Virus record (IMG/VR): IMGVR_UViG_3300034068_000286
Location: 1-64,000 of that record
DNA: 64,000 nucleotides
Direction: 5' to 3' (one strand)
From: a virus
In this document: in pieces, positions 45,530-54,247 of the stretch
Position numbering within the stretch: position 1 is the first letter of the stretch
Layout of the letters: each line of letters begins with the position of its first letter
Notes under the pieces: model-generated
Databases searched by the model: none
Told to the model about the DNA's origin: nothing
The model's input: the letters and a program-made list of their open reading frames with translations, nothing else
Made by a program: the position numbers and the translations under genes

Positions 45530-47015
45530 TGTTTAAATGTTTACCTGTGATCAAATTATAATTATAACTGGCTCGTGCCATTGAGTTTTCTACAGACTTC
45601 TCATTGAGATTGGTCTGATTAAATGGCATATTTTCTACAATATATTCTGGTATGTCATGAAACCAAGCACTTGCAACTTCCCAGCCGCCAATTTTTATAT
45701 GATGTCTAGCAGACTCAATGCATTTGTTAGAAATTTCTTGTGCCTTATTTGCAGTCATTCCAGAGGTATGCACCCAATCCAATGACCGTGTGTTGTATGC
45801 TAATTCTTTAGTGGTATACCCATAAGATTTTGGGTCCTTTTCAAACAAGCTGTATGGAACTTCACCCTTTGCTGTTCGGTGCATTCCAAGTGCATTGAAA
45901 TTCCAACTTCTGAATAGACGATTCTTGTTTTCAATTAAGTAATCACTCCATTTATAAATTTCTTCTTCAGTGTCACCTGGTAGTCCAGCAATCAAACTGG
46001 CATGCATTTTAACACCATTCTCATTGAGAGTTTGTGCAATTTCAAGCACCCGGTCAACTGCGATGCCTTTTCCGACTATCTGTCTAGATTCTTTTCGCAT
46101 AGATTCAAGGCCAATAAATCCACCCTTAATACCCAAGTCAAGTAACATAGAAAGCATGTTGGGTTTGGTAATAATTAGTTCAGGCCTAATATAACCCACA
46201 AATTCAAAATTTGATAATTTAGCAATTTCAATTGCTCGTTTAACTATATCTAGTTTTTCGTAGCTGTCGTTAAATGTGTCATCAGATATCATGTATCGGT
46301 AGGTACCAAACAATTCATAATTTCTTTTAAGTTCGCGACCAATGCTTTCTGCTGTTCGTATATAATCGTATGACTTTTTACCCAGGAATGGATGTGTGCA
46401 AAATGCACATTTAAAAATACATCCCCTGCTTATTTCAATAGGTAAAGGTTGATGAGATAAGAATCCATCTTCTTCCTTAAAGACTGTTTCAATTTCGTCT
46501 ACATTTATTACTGGATAATCTCTGTCAGCTGATACTATTTTAATTTCGCCTGAATTGGGACCTGGAATACCGTGTGCATCTGTTATATAAATCAAATCTG
46601 ACGTTTTTCCGTAGAGATAATCAACAAGCTTGACAAATGCAATATCACTAAACCCACTAACAAACCAGTCGCAATAGTTATATAACAATGCCGGTGGGGT
46701 AGTACTAGTGCCTCCAACCACAATTGTTATATCTGGAAAGAGTCTCCTAAATCTTCTAAAAAAAGAAAGATCCTGTGCCCACTTATTGGTTGGGAAATGA
46801 TACCAGGCAGCACTGATACCTAATATTTTTGTTTCCGTTGTAACAAGTGTTGACAGCAGTTCAATCATTTGATCCTGATTAAGTGCCCATGCGTAGTCAA
46901 TGATTTTTAGCGAATATCCTGCATTTTCAAATGCTGTTCTTAATCTAAAAGAGCCAATTGCTCTACCTACTCGATCAAACGTGATACCACCAATCAGTAT
47001 TACGTTATAACCCAT
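45522..47015 (-). CDS. B12-binding radical SAM enzyme
   Basis: N-terminal cobalamin-type domain (ILGIS, IVVGG); EISRGCIFKCAFC; DDTFN; GLES; IAGLPGDT. Confidence 0.88.
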   Translation of the reverse strand: MGYNVILIGGITFDRVGRAIGSFRLRTAFENAGYSLKIIDYAWALNQDQMIELLSTLVTTETKILGISAAWYHFPTNKWAQDLSFFRRFRRLFPDITIVVGGTSTTPPALLYNYCDWFVSGFSDIAFVKLVDYLYGKTSDLIYITDAHGIPGPNSGEIKIVSADRDYPVINVDEIETVFKEEDGFLSHQPLPIEISRGCIFKCAFCTHPFLGKKSYDYIRTAESIGRELKRNYELFGTYRYMISDDTFNDSYEKLDIVKRAIEIAKLSNFEFVGYIRPELIITKPNMLSMLLDLGIKGGFIGLESMRKESRQIVGKGIAVDRVLEIAQTLNENGVKMHASLIAGLPGDTEEEIYKWSDYLIENKNRLFRSWNFNALGMHRTAKGEVPYSLFEKDPKSYGYTTKELAYNTRSLDWVHTSGMTANKAQEISNKCIESARHHIKIGGWEVASAWFHDIPEYIVENMPFNQTNLNEKSVENSMARASYNYNLITGKHLNNA

Positions 47016-47305
47016 TATCGTCCATAGCCGCGTCGATATGCTTCTGCTTCTCGCTTGCGTTGTTCTTCGTAGTGGCGCTGACGTGTACCACGTTCACATG
47101 CGGCTCTTTCGCTGTGCAGTTGATATTGAGTGCAGGTGCTGTTTACAATAATCACTTGCTCGTGTGTTACCACTCTGTGCTGTGGCTGTGCCATTGCATT
47201 GCCAATGATAAGTCCAGTGGTGCCTGCAAGTACTGCTGTACCTGTTCTACTTGCACAACCTGTTAGAGCCAAGGTCGCTACGATTGCAATTAAAAGTTTT
47301 TTCAT
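47015..47305 (-). CDS. Small lipoprotein with glycine-zipper-like segment
   Basis: LALTG-C lipobox; AGTTGLIIG; TAAATA at 47323-47328. Confidence 0.75.
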   Translation of the reverse strand: MKKLLIAIVATLALTGCASRTGTAVLAGTTGLIIGNAMAQPQHRVVTHEQVIIVNSTCTQYQLHSERAACERGTRQRHYEEQRKREAEAYRRGYGR

Positions 47306-47325
47306 TATAAACTCCTTTGAAATAT

Positions 47326-47718
47326 TTATCGACGCATTGTTGAAATTGCTATGGCTTCTTCATCGCTGAAAATAGGAACAGCATTTGACTTGTGCATAGT
47401 GCCAATACCTTTAACCTTGGTACCTGTGTACTGCGGTGATGCTCGGTATGTTCCGGCACCAGTTTCGCCTGTGTTACGAGATGGGATATGTGCAGACGTT
47501 CTACCTGCTGGTGCGCCAAGATTATACACCAACGGCTCAGCACTCATTGCTCGCCGGCGTTTACGTTCTTCTTGCTCTACGCCCTGACGCTTTAGTAAGT
47601 CATTCCAAGATTCTTCCAATTCTTCTGCCTTTCGTTTAGCTTCAGATGAGGCAAATTTCTTTTTGCCTCGCATCTTGCCTGTTGTACTAAGCCACGGACC
47701 TTCCATATGCATCGACAT
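47326..47718 (-). CDS. Conserved T4-like phage hypothetical protein
   Basis: YTGTKVKGIGTMHKSNAVP...MRR motif; TTGACA-17-TATAAT upstream. Confidence 0.75.
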   Translation of the reverse strand: MSMHMEGPWLSTTGKMRGKKKFASSEAKRKAEELEESWNDLLKRQGVEQEERKRRRAMSAEPLVYNLGAPAGRTSAHIPSRNTGETGAGTYRASPQYTGTKVKGIGTMHKSNAVPIFSDEEAIAISTMRR

Positions 47719-47818
47719 ATTAGCCTTTCAAAGTTGCTTGCTCATTGTGTTATTATAGCGTATAATTAAGTACTTGTCAAATTTCTTGATAAGTATAGTT
47801 TTATCCTGAACCACTTTT

Positions 47819-48376
47819 ATGATCCACGATTCACAATATCCAGCTTTACTACTAAATGCTGACTTTCAACCGGTCCACATGCATCCTTTGAGTACTATCT
47901 CTTGGCAGGATGCAATTAAGTCTGTCTTTACGGACCGTGTAAATGTTGTAGCTGAATACGATATAGAGGTCCATAGTGCTACACGAAGCTGGAGACTACC
48001 CAGTGTAGTGGCCCTAAAAGACTATGTCAAGCGAGACCAAACTCCTACATTCAGTCGTTACAATGTTTATCTTAGAGACCAGTTCACTTGTCAATATTGT
48101 GGTGGCGAATTTGAAGCCAAGCACTTGACATTTGATCACGTTATCCCAAGAGCACATGGTGGTATCAGTTCGTGGCAAAATGTTGTTGCGGCATGTAGCC
48201 CTTGTAATCATCGCAAAGGGGCGAAGTTACCGCAGGAGGCTAAAATGTTTCCGTTAACAAAACCCGTGCCACCTAGTGCATGGGATTTGTATGCACGTGG
48301 TAAACGCAGGCCTCAAAGCAATCTCCATGAAACGTGGAGAGATTATTTGTACTGGGATATTGAGTTAGATGCTTAG
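47819..48376 (+). CDS. HNH endonuclease
   Basis: RDQFTCQYCG...TFDHVIPRAHGG...WQNVVAACSPCNHRK. Confidence 0.92.
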   Translation: MIHDSQYPALLLNADFQPVHMHPLSTISWQDAIKSVFTDRVNVVAEYDIEVHSATRSWRLPSVVALKDYVKRDQTPTFSRYNVYLRDQFTCQYCGGEFEAKHLTFDHVIPRAHGGISSWQNVVAACSPCNHRKGAKLPQEAKMFPLTKPVPPSAWDLYARGKRRPQSNLHETWRDYLYWDIELDA

Positions 48377-48969
48377 TACTCGCCAGGAGCATCAACAAGG
48401 CCAATTGGGTTAATTCCTAGTTGCCTTGATTCTTGCCATTTGCTTTCGGGCATGATGTCCAAGATCAAGTGAGTTCTAAACTCTGTGCCTCTGTTGGTTG
48501 CACTATGAGTCACACGATTGTTTAGCTCATACAGATAGCCCATTTCCATGTGATACTCTTCAGTTTTCCAAAGTTGTACACACTGGTCGTTGGTATAAAT
48601 TGGCACATGCAAACGCACACAATTGTCATGGAACCACTGCGGATCTTTATGCCAACCTAGTGTTACTCCTGGAAGTAGCGTAGCAACTTCACCACGAATC
48701 CATTTGTATCCTGCAAATCTAGGCAAGGTCAAGATCCAGTCTAACAGTGGCTTACTTGCTCTTAGTATCTCTGTTTGTTCTGGTGTGTAGTTTTTATTGG
48801 GCTTGCTGATAGGGAACGGATATTCTACTAACTTACCATCAGATAGGACTTTTTCAAACCGGTCATATGTTCCATTGCCCCAGTTTGCTTTTTTGCAGGC
48901 TTCAATGATTGGGTCTACTAGGCCAGCATCAATAGTTTCTACCACACGATAATTTAATTCAAATAGCAT
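48373..48969 (-). CDS. AspH-like 2OG-Fe(II) oxygenase
   Basis: WHKD...RLHVPI...ELNN...HSATN...RTHLILD. Confidence 0.82.
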   Translation of the reverse strand: MLFELNYRVVETIDAGLVDPIIEACKKANWGNGTYDRFEKVLSDGKLVEYPFPISKPNKNYTPEQTEILRASKPLLDWILTLPRFAGYKWIRGEVATLLPGVTLGWHKDPQWFHDNCVRLHVPIYTNDQCVQLWKTEEYHMEMGYLYELNNRVTHSATNRGTEFRTHLILDIMPESKWQESRQLGINPIGLVDAPGEY

Positions 48970-48970
48970 A

Positions 48971-49678
48971 TTACCAATCCAGTATAGTTGGGATAGTTCT
49001 TTTATTGCGAGGGAGATATTCTCTCACTGGCCAAGTCTTAGCATACGGCTGAACTGCACTTTTTAAAATGTCAATCAACATGATTATTCTAGGCTCTGTT
49101 CCTGTATGCTTTGTGCCATGGAATACATTACAATCATCAAAACCAAACAACTCACCATCTACCCATTCGTGCCGTTCGTTTTCAATGTCAAATACACAAC
49201 CTGTTGCTTGCTTTAGCACCAAGTGAAAACGAATATATTCATTTACCAATCCCCAGTGGTGATTCAGTTTACTTCCTGGCAATGAAATATTAAAAGTGAC
49301 TGCGCCAAGTACTTCAATATTTTTATACATCCACTGTTGTATAAATGGCATATGGTGTATCCTTGCATCATTGAATGATATTTTGGCACCACCTGGTTGC
49401 TTCCAATTCTTCCAGTCCATTGACTTTGCTTCATGATGGTCAACAAAATCTTCTCTAAGCATTATTGGCATGGCTTTAAAGTCACCAACGTATAATTCTT
49501 CGCCTGTTAGGTCAGTGATATAATTTGCCTTGATGCCTTTTACTTCTGTTATTTTTTGCTTTACCCAATAAGTCTCTCTTACACATTGTTTGACAAACTC
49601 GTCACGAATTGTGGTCCAATTGTTGGTCAATGGATCTAGTAATTTACAAGGATTAAAATATATGTAGTTACTTTCCAT
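48971..49678 (-). CDS. AspH/LpxO-like 2OG-Fe(II) oxygenase
   Basis: PGSKLNHHWG...RFHL.L...FDD...HGT.H...PRIIMLID. Confidence 0.8.
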   Translation of the reverse strand: MESNYIYFNPCKLLDPLTNNWTTIRDEFVKQCVRETYWVKQKITEVKGIKANYITDLTGEELYVGDFKAMPIMLREDFVDHHEAKSMDWKNWKQPGGAKISFNDARIHHMPFIQQWMYKNIEVLGAVTFNISLPGSKLNHHWGLVNEYIRFHLVLKQATGCVFDIENERHEWVDGELFGFDDCNVFHGTKHTGTEPRIIMLIDILKSAVQPYAKTWPVREYLPRNKRTIPTILDW

Positions 49679-50528
49679 ACAGGGTTTCTTTTAAGCTTTC
49701 ATCATGTTCAATGTTACAACGCCACATTAGTCGTTCGTCTTCGGCTTTCAAATCCAAGAATGTACGACTATGTACAAATGGCCAGTTGTCATACAGCACC
49801 ATGTCATTGGGGCTCCAAGTATGCGTGTACACACACTCTGGTACAGCCGTCATTGCTTCCATAAGTTCTTCTACAATGCCAGTGCCCATGCTTTTACCGT
49901 TCATCTTGGTGTCAATGATCCAAGAGTCTGTTGTCCCGTGAAAGTTACATCTAGGGCTCCAACGTCCGGTAATTGGTTGCTGTTTCATTGAAGGCCACTC
50001 AATAATATCTTTGCCTAAGTGATGCCAATTTTGTTGAATAATAGTACGCTTCTCCCATCGTGCCCTAAGTTTAGGATGCACTTCAGGATAAGCTTTTTCC
50101 ATATCTAACCAAACAGTTAAACCTGCTCTAGGATTAGGAACAGTTTTCATATAGATGATACGATGCGGAAATTGAATGCCGCCGTCAACACGATTGGCAA
50201 TATCAGCATGCCATGGCATTTCTTTATCACCAAGTCGTACGCTAATTTTGTTACTAATTGCTGTAATGAATTTTGGTTCTGTTGGGTTATCCGGATCGCT
50301 GACTACCTCCCATTTTTCCGTACTGTCGTGATAGTTTTTATTTGTCCAAGGTTGACCCCATAGCGCACAGAATTTCCAATAGGTTAACTTGTCCCATTCA
50401 GGGGCATGAAGTACTATCATCTTTCGATCGTAAAGTAGCTTACGTAGTTCACGTGTATCTTGATCAAAAATATCACTCATATCTGTAACTTCGGTGCCCC
50501 AATCAGAGAAAATGTTTTTTGTTTGCAT
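49668..50528 (-). CDS. TauD/TfdA-family dioxygenase
   Basis: WHAD...HTWSPNDMVLYDN...HSR...R.MWR; TAAATA at 50534-50539. Confidence 0.85.
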   Translation of the reverse strand: MQTKNIFSDWGTEVTDMSDIFDQDTRELRKLLYDRKMIVLHAPEWDKLTYWKFCALWGQPWTNKNYHDSTEKWEVVSDPDNPTEPKFITAISNKISVRLGDKEMPWHADIANRVDGGIQFPHRIIYMKTVPNPRAGLTVWLDMEKAYPEVHPKLRARWEKRTIIQQNWHHLGKDIIEWPSMKQQPITGRWSPRCNFHGTTDSWIIDTKMNGKSMGTGIVEELMEAMTAVPECVYTHTWSPNDMVLYDNWPFVHSRTFLDLKAEDERLMWRCNIEHDESLKETLYGK

Positions 50529-50559
50529 AATTGTATTTACGACAGTTTATTTGTTCAGT

Positions 50560-51144
50560 TTATCTTATCAACCACTCTGCTACAGATTGTCCACCTAGTT
50601 CGCCTGACAATAGTTTTAATCTTTTCCATAATGGATTGCATACTGATCCTTCTCTAACGACTGCTCTACCTAATATTACTACTATTCCCCACTCTTGTCT
50701 TTCCCATCTTGGTTCATACACAGGTAAGGTACCGTGTAATTGTTTATACTCCTCAGACAAAACTTCTCTACGCAAAGGATACCCATTTATCTCTGTCAAT
50801 CTAACAGCATAGTCAGGTACAGTTATACTGTCTGGAATCCTATCAGCCTCATACCAATGTCGGTATCCTTTATCAATCCACTCAATCATAACTTGGTCTT
50901 CCCATTGCAAACGCCCGGCAACATCGCGTATGTGTTTTCCATGCCATTCTTGTGGGCTAGCATTACTCACTGCGGCCACGCTGGTGTTGTCTCCACCAAC
51001 GACTCCAATGGGTACATCATTGGTCTTTGCTACTCTAATTTTATCGCCATTATAAAGTGCCACAGTCAATCCTGTACGATCTTCTTTGTTAGGATTACCA
51101 TCTTCCCATTCAAACATTTCAGCATAGCCGCTTGCTATTTTCAT
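50560..51144 (-). CDS. Stand-alone Peptidase_G2-like (tailspike chaperone) domain
   Basis: YAEMFEWEDGNP..EDR.G..V...PIGVV...Y.PR..R.EW..V..LG. Confidence 0.7.
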   Translation of the reverse strand: MKIASGYAEMFEWEDGNPNKEDRTGLTVALYNGDKIRVAKTNDVPIGVVGGDNTSVAAVSNASPQEWHGKHIRDVAGRLQWEDQVMIEWIDKGYRHWYEADRIPDSITVPDYAVRLTEINGYPLRREVLSEEYKQLHGTLPVYEPRWERQEWGIVVILGRAVVREGSVCNPLWKRLKLLSGELGGQSVAEWLIR

Positions 51145-51698
51145 TTGGATTCCAATTTGATTTTTAATTCTTTTAGTACTTCTCGGTAAAGTTCTTCACC
51201 TGCTGACACTTGTTCTTTCCAAGTAGTACCTGCGCCTGTATCTGCAGGGTCGCTGATGTATTTCCATATTTCAATGTCAAGTCCAAGTTTATTTGCTACC
51301 TTGGCCACACTATAAGCTTCCATGTCAACCACATCACACTCTACTCTAAGCTTCTTGGGCTCTGTAATAAACATATCACCTGACGCACAAGTCTTGCCTA
51401 CACCGGGCATGATAATCATGCTCTCAGGATCGTTAAAATGTATGCCCGGCTTCATGCCAAGTGCCATCAAGTTAACATCATGTTGCCATACTGTATTAAT
51501 GCGGTGTACTCCGTGGCCCAATCTAATGCCACCTGCTGTACCCATGTTGATAATACGCCTGGGATGATACATGTGACACAGTCGCATTGTATTGATTGCT
51601 GAGTTTACCTTGCCTACACCAATACAATGCACATTAGAGTATTCTTTAAAAAGGTTTGGTGCTTCATCTTCTAAAGCAAATACAATTAGATCATTCAT
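51141..51698 (-). CDS. 5'-methylthioadenosine/SAH nucleosidase-like (PNP_UDP family)
   Basis: GVGKVNSA, NMGTAGG, SGD.F, VDMEAY, KYISD. Confidence 0.85.
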   Translation of the reverse strand: MNDLIVFALEDEAPNLFKEYSNVHCIGVGKVNSAINTMRLCHMYHPRRIINMGTAGGIRLGHGVHRINTVWQHDVNLMALGMKPGIHFNDPESMIIMPGVGKTCASGDMFITEPKKLRVECDVVDMEAYSVAKVANKLGLDIEIWKYISDPADTGAGTTWKEQVSAGEELYREVLKELKIKLESK

Positions 51699-52242
51699 CT
51701 AGTAGTCCATGTACCGTAACACCCTGCTCGGTTAAAAGAGTTTCGCCACCCAAGAAGGATAGGTTAATTAATACAGCAACTGTCATTGATGAATATGCGA
51801 TGCCTAAGTTGTTGTGTAACAACTTGCAAATTGCTTCTGCCGTACCACCTGTTGCTAGTACATCATCAACAATGAGTACCGGCCTATCACCTACTTCTAT
51901 GTTTTGTTGTATTTCTAATGTGTCTGTACCATATTCCAACTTGTAACTTTGACTCCATACATCTCCTGGTAGCTTCCCGGGTTTACGTACAACATTCATT
52001 GGCAAGTGTGATTTGATTGATAGTGCCGAACCAAATATGAAACCACGAGCATCGGGTGCAAATATTTCTTTGGCAACTGATTGTCTTGCTACCAAAGAAA
52101 ACCAGTCTATAGCATGTGCAAATGCAATTGGTTGCTTGGCCAGTTCTACCGTATTCTTGTATGAGACGCCTGTCTTGGGCCAATCTTTATAAACCGGTAT
52201 TGCATTCTTTACGCTAGATATAATATGAGATGGAATATACAT
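51691..52242 (-). CDS. apt: Adenine phosphoribosyltransferase
   Basis: DWPKTGV, DARGFIFG, RKPGKLP, YKLEYG, IVDDVLATGGT. Confidence 0.92.
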   Translation of the reverse strand: MYIPSHIISSVKNAIPVYKDWPKTGVSYKNTVELAKQPIAFAHAIDWFSLVARQSVAKEIFAPDARGFIFGSALSIKSHLPMNVVRKPGKLPGDVWSQSYKLEYGTDTLEIQQNIEVGDRPVLIVDDVLATGGTAEAICKLLHNNLGIAYSSMTVAVLINLSFLGGETLLTEQGVTVHGLLDE

Positions 52243-52298
52243 GTATGTAATTATACATTTGTCACCTGCTGTGTTTAGTCAAAAGCCCGACGGGCATT

Positions 52299-52997
52299 TT
52301 AAATTGCAATCTTGACTCTGGTCAATCGAGTTTCTTGGGCTCCATCCCTATCTTGTCCGTGTGCTTTAACAACGGCAACAATGGGAAACTGTTCAGGAGT
52401 ATCGGGCCACATGTCAATTGTTTTGCTACTGGTCCAAAAGTATAGGTTAGTGCCGTCTGTAGCACGAACTACACTACCAGCAAACACTTTGCCTGCAAAT
52501 TTATTGATTACAGTAACATCGAGTCGAACATGCTGGCCTACAGCACCTTGGTGAATACTGGTTGCAATAACTTTATTTAGAGTTTCTTGCCGTTGTTCTT
52601 TTACAACTTCTTTATGATAGCGGGCACCAAGGCAGGCCATATATGCCAGGCCCATGTTAGCGTCAATGTCTTCTTGTGTAATAAAATTCATGATCTTTTG
52701 ATCAAAGTCATTTGCTTTACCACCTAGCATACTAAATGCAAGCCCTTGAAAATGCTCTGCCATTTTAGCACCAAGTTCTCTGTCGGCTGTAGTAACATTA
52801 GGAAAGCTCAGTGCAACCTGCGTCTTAATAAGTTCGCGATTGGGGTGCAGTTTAACATTGCCAGTATCTTGATCCATCTCTGGAAACTTGATATACTTTC
52901 CTTCGTTGATGCGGTCAGCAAAGGCCACCAAGGCCCACGCATCTGCAATAGGTAATTTCTGTTCTTTGAGAAAACGCTTTTTTTGTACTTGATCCAT
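52299..52997 (-). CDS. Hypothetical protein with OB-fold-like C-terminus
   Basis: Ends ETRLTRVK; start MDQVQ with GAGG SD. Confidence 0.7.
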   Translation of the reverse strand: MDQVQKKRFLKEQKLPIADAWALVAFADRINEGKYIKFPEMDQDTGNVKLHPNRELIKTQVALSFPNVTTADRELGAKMAEHFQGLAFSMLGGKANDFDQKIMNFITQEDIDANMGLAYMACLGARYHKEVVKEQRQETLNKVIATSIHQGAVGQHVRLDVTVINKFAGKVFAGSVVRATDGTNLYFWTSSKTIDMWPDTPEQFPIVAVVKAHGQDRDGAQETRLTRVKIAI

Positions 52998-53004
52998 GGT
53001 GTCC

Positions 53005-53199
53005 TCAAAAGGCAAAAGTTCTAATCCAATCAAAACGAGTGCTAGCAGGCACCCACTTGAATTGTTCTTTCTTACGTTCGGGCTTTTCAAAGTCCATGCA
53101 AACCATTACCCAACCACGTTCTGTGGAGAACGGAACTGTGTCAGCAACACGAATGACTTCGACTAACCTATCTTTCATTCTTGCTATAGTAATGGTCAC
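53005..53199 (-). CDS. Hypothetical protein
   Basis: KWVPASTRF; GGAGG SD. Confidence 0.65.
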   Translation of the reverse strand: MTITIARMKDRLVEVIRVADTVPFSTERGWVMVCMDFEKPERKKEQFKWVPASTRFDWIRTFAF

Positions 53200-53208
53200 G
53201 ATGACCTC

Positions 53209-53592
53209 CTATATTAACTTTTCATATTCCAAACTGACACTCTCCGAGTAGTAGCCGTTTGACTCACCTAACCAGCGAACATCAACCCAACCTTTGAAGG
53301 TTGCAAATTTGTAGAAAGTCCATGTAGACGATTCATACGACTCGTGGTCAGCAGGAATCTCACCAGACACTTCGTCTGCTATCAAAATTGGTGTGTTTGC
53401 CAGATCCTCTATGTCACCGACAATGTCATAGATTTCAACGGACTCACAACAATCTTGCTCGTGTAAAAACACAAACCGCTCAGTGGCGTTTTCAAAAATC
53501 ATTTCACGACCAGTGCTGGTCACTGAAGTGAATACTTTGCCTATCATGTTGGCTAGGCCTTCTTTGGTTCCAATTACGTTATCATATGACAT
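53209..53592 (-). CDS. Hypothetical phage protein (HEQDCCESV...GESNGYYSESV family)
   Basis: Conserved motif pattern. Confidence 0.75.
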   Translation of the reverse strand: MSYDNVIGTKEGLANMIGKVFTSVTSTGREMIFENATERFVFLHEQDCCESVEIYDIVGDIEDLANTPILIADEVSGEIPADHESYESSTWTFYKFATFKGWVDVRWLGESNGYYSESVSLEYEKLI

Positions 53593-53635
53593 TTTAAGAT
53601 CCTTACTAAAATAGATTGGCTGGGCTAGGCCCATT

Positions 53636-53795
53636 TAATGTTTCGTGCTTGCCTTTTTGCTTTCGCGTAGCTTGCGTTTTGAAACAACCTTAATTAACCG
53701 TTGCCCCATCTAAGTGCCCCAGTGCTCTGGGGCTTTACCGCTGTTCCTCAAGCGGACTTAAATGCTCTTTACTTCAACAACCTTATTTCTTACTA
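53636..53795 (-). ncRNA. Promoter-proximal structured RNA candidate (three-way junction)
   Basis: CATTTAAGT/ACTTAGATG stem enclosing CCGCT/AGCGG and GCCCCAG/CTGGGGC hairpins; TAAGGTTGTT repeats flank it. Confidence 0.45.
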
Positions 53796-53802
53796 TGTGT
53801 TT

Positions 53803-53867
53803 ATTATACTGGATCTGGACTAATTGGGCAACCGTTTTTTGGGAAAAGTTGTTGTATTTTTACAACA
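53803..53867 (-). promoter_or_regulatory. Early sigma70 promoter plus upstream 18-bp palindrome
   Basis: TTGCCC-17-TATAAT; TGTTGTATTTTTACAACA at 53850-53867. Confidence 0.75.
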
Positions 53868-53874
53868 ACTTTGC

Positions 53875-54159
53875 TTACTTTTTAGGCAAATCTTTTGCCA
53901 TCTCGAACCACCGTGTAGCTTGTTTATAGTTAAAATTTGGGTGTCTGTACATGTAATCTCGTTTGCGCTCTGCCGCCTCTAATGCATCTAGCATACGCAT
54001 TTTATCGTTAAATGGTAATGCCATTAACACTTTATTCATATCTGTAATGTCTAGCATATACTCTACCCATTTTTCCGTAGCTTTTATATTATAAAAACTC
54101 CCATATGCTTTACGATTATTGGCACTTGTATATTTGCTTATAAAGTTTTTAGCTTGCAT
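53875..54159 (-). CDS. Hypothetical early protein
   Basis: AERK..YM.RHPNF motif; AGGAG SD. Confidence 0.7.
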   Translation of the reverse strand: MQAKNFISKYTSANNRKAYGSFYNIKATEKWVEYMLDITDMNKVLMALPFNDKMRMLDALEAAERKRDYMYRHPNFNYKQATRWFEMAKDLPKK

Positions 54160-54179
54160 ACTTTCTCCTTTAATTAAAC

Positions 54180-54240
54180 AGTATAACACAAACTGGCTCA
54201 CCTGTCAAGGTACGCTGTTGCATTTTTACAACACTAAATA
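54180..54240. promoter_or_regulatory. Divergent region: minus-strand sigma70 promoter, palindrome, plus-strand late promoter
   Basis: TTGACA-17-TATACT on the minus strand; TGTTGCATTTTTACAACA at 54216-54233; TAAATA at 54235-54240 on the plus strand. Confidence 0.7.
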
Positions 54241-54247
54241 TTTCACT

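Noticed and set aside
47819-48376. Intron-encoded or mobile homing element
   Set aside because: Free-standing HNH gene; no interrupted host gene, intron structure or terminal repeats visible
53707-53764. Hammerhead ribozyme or tRNA
   Set aside because: Lacks the CUGAUGA/GAAA core and the T-loop/cloverleaf; kept only as an unknown structured RNA
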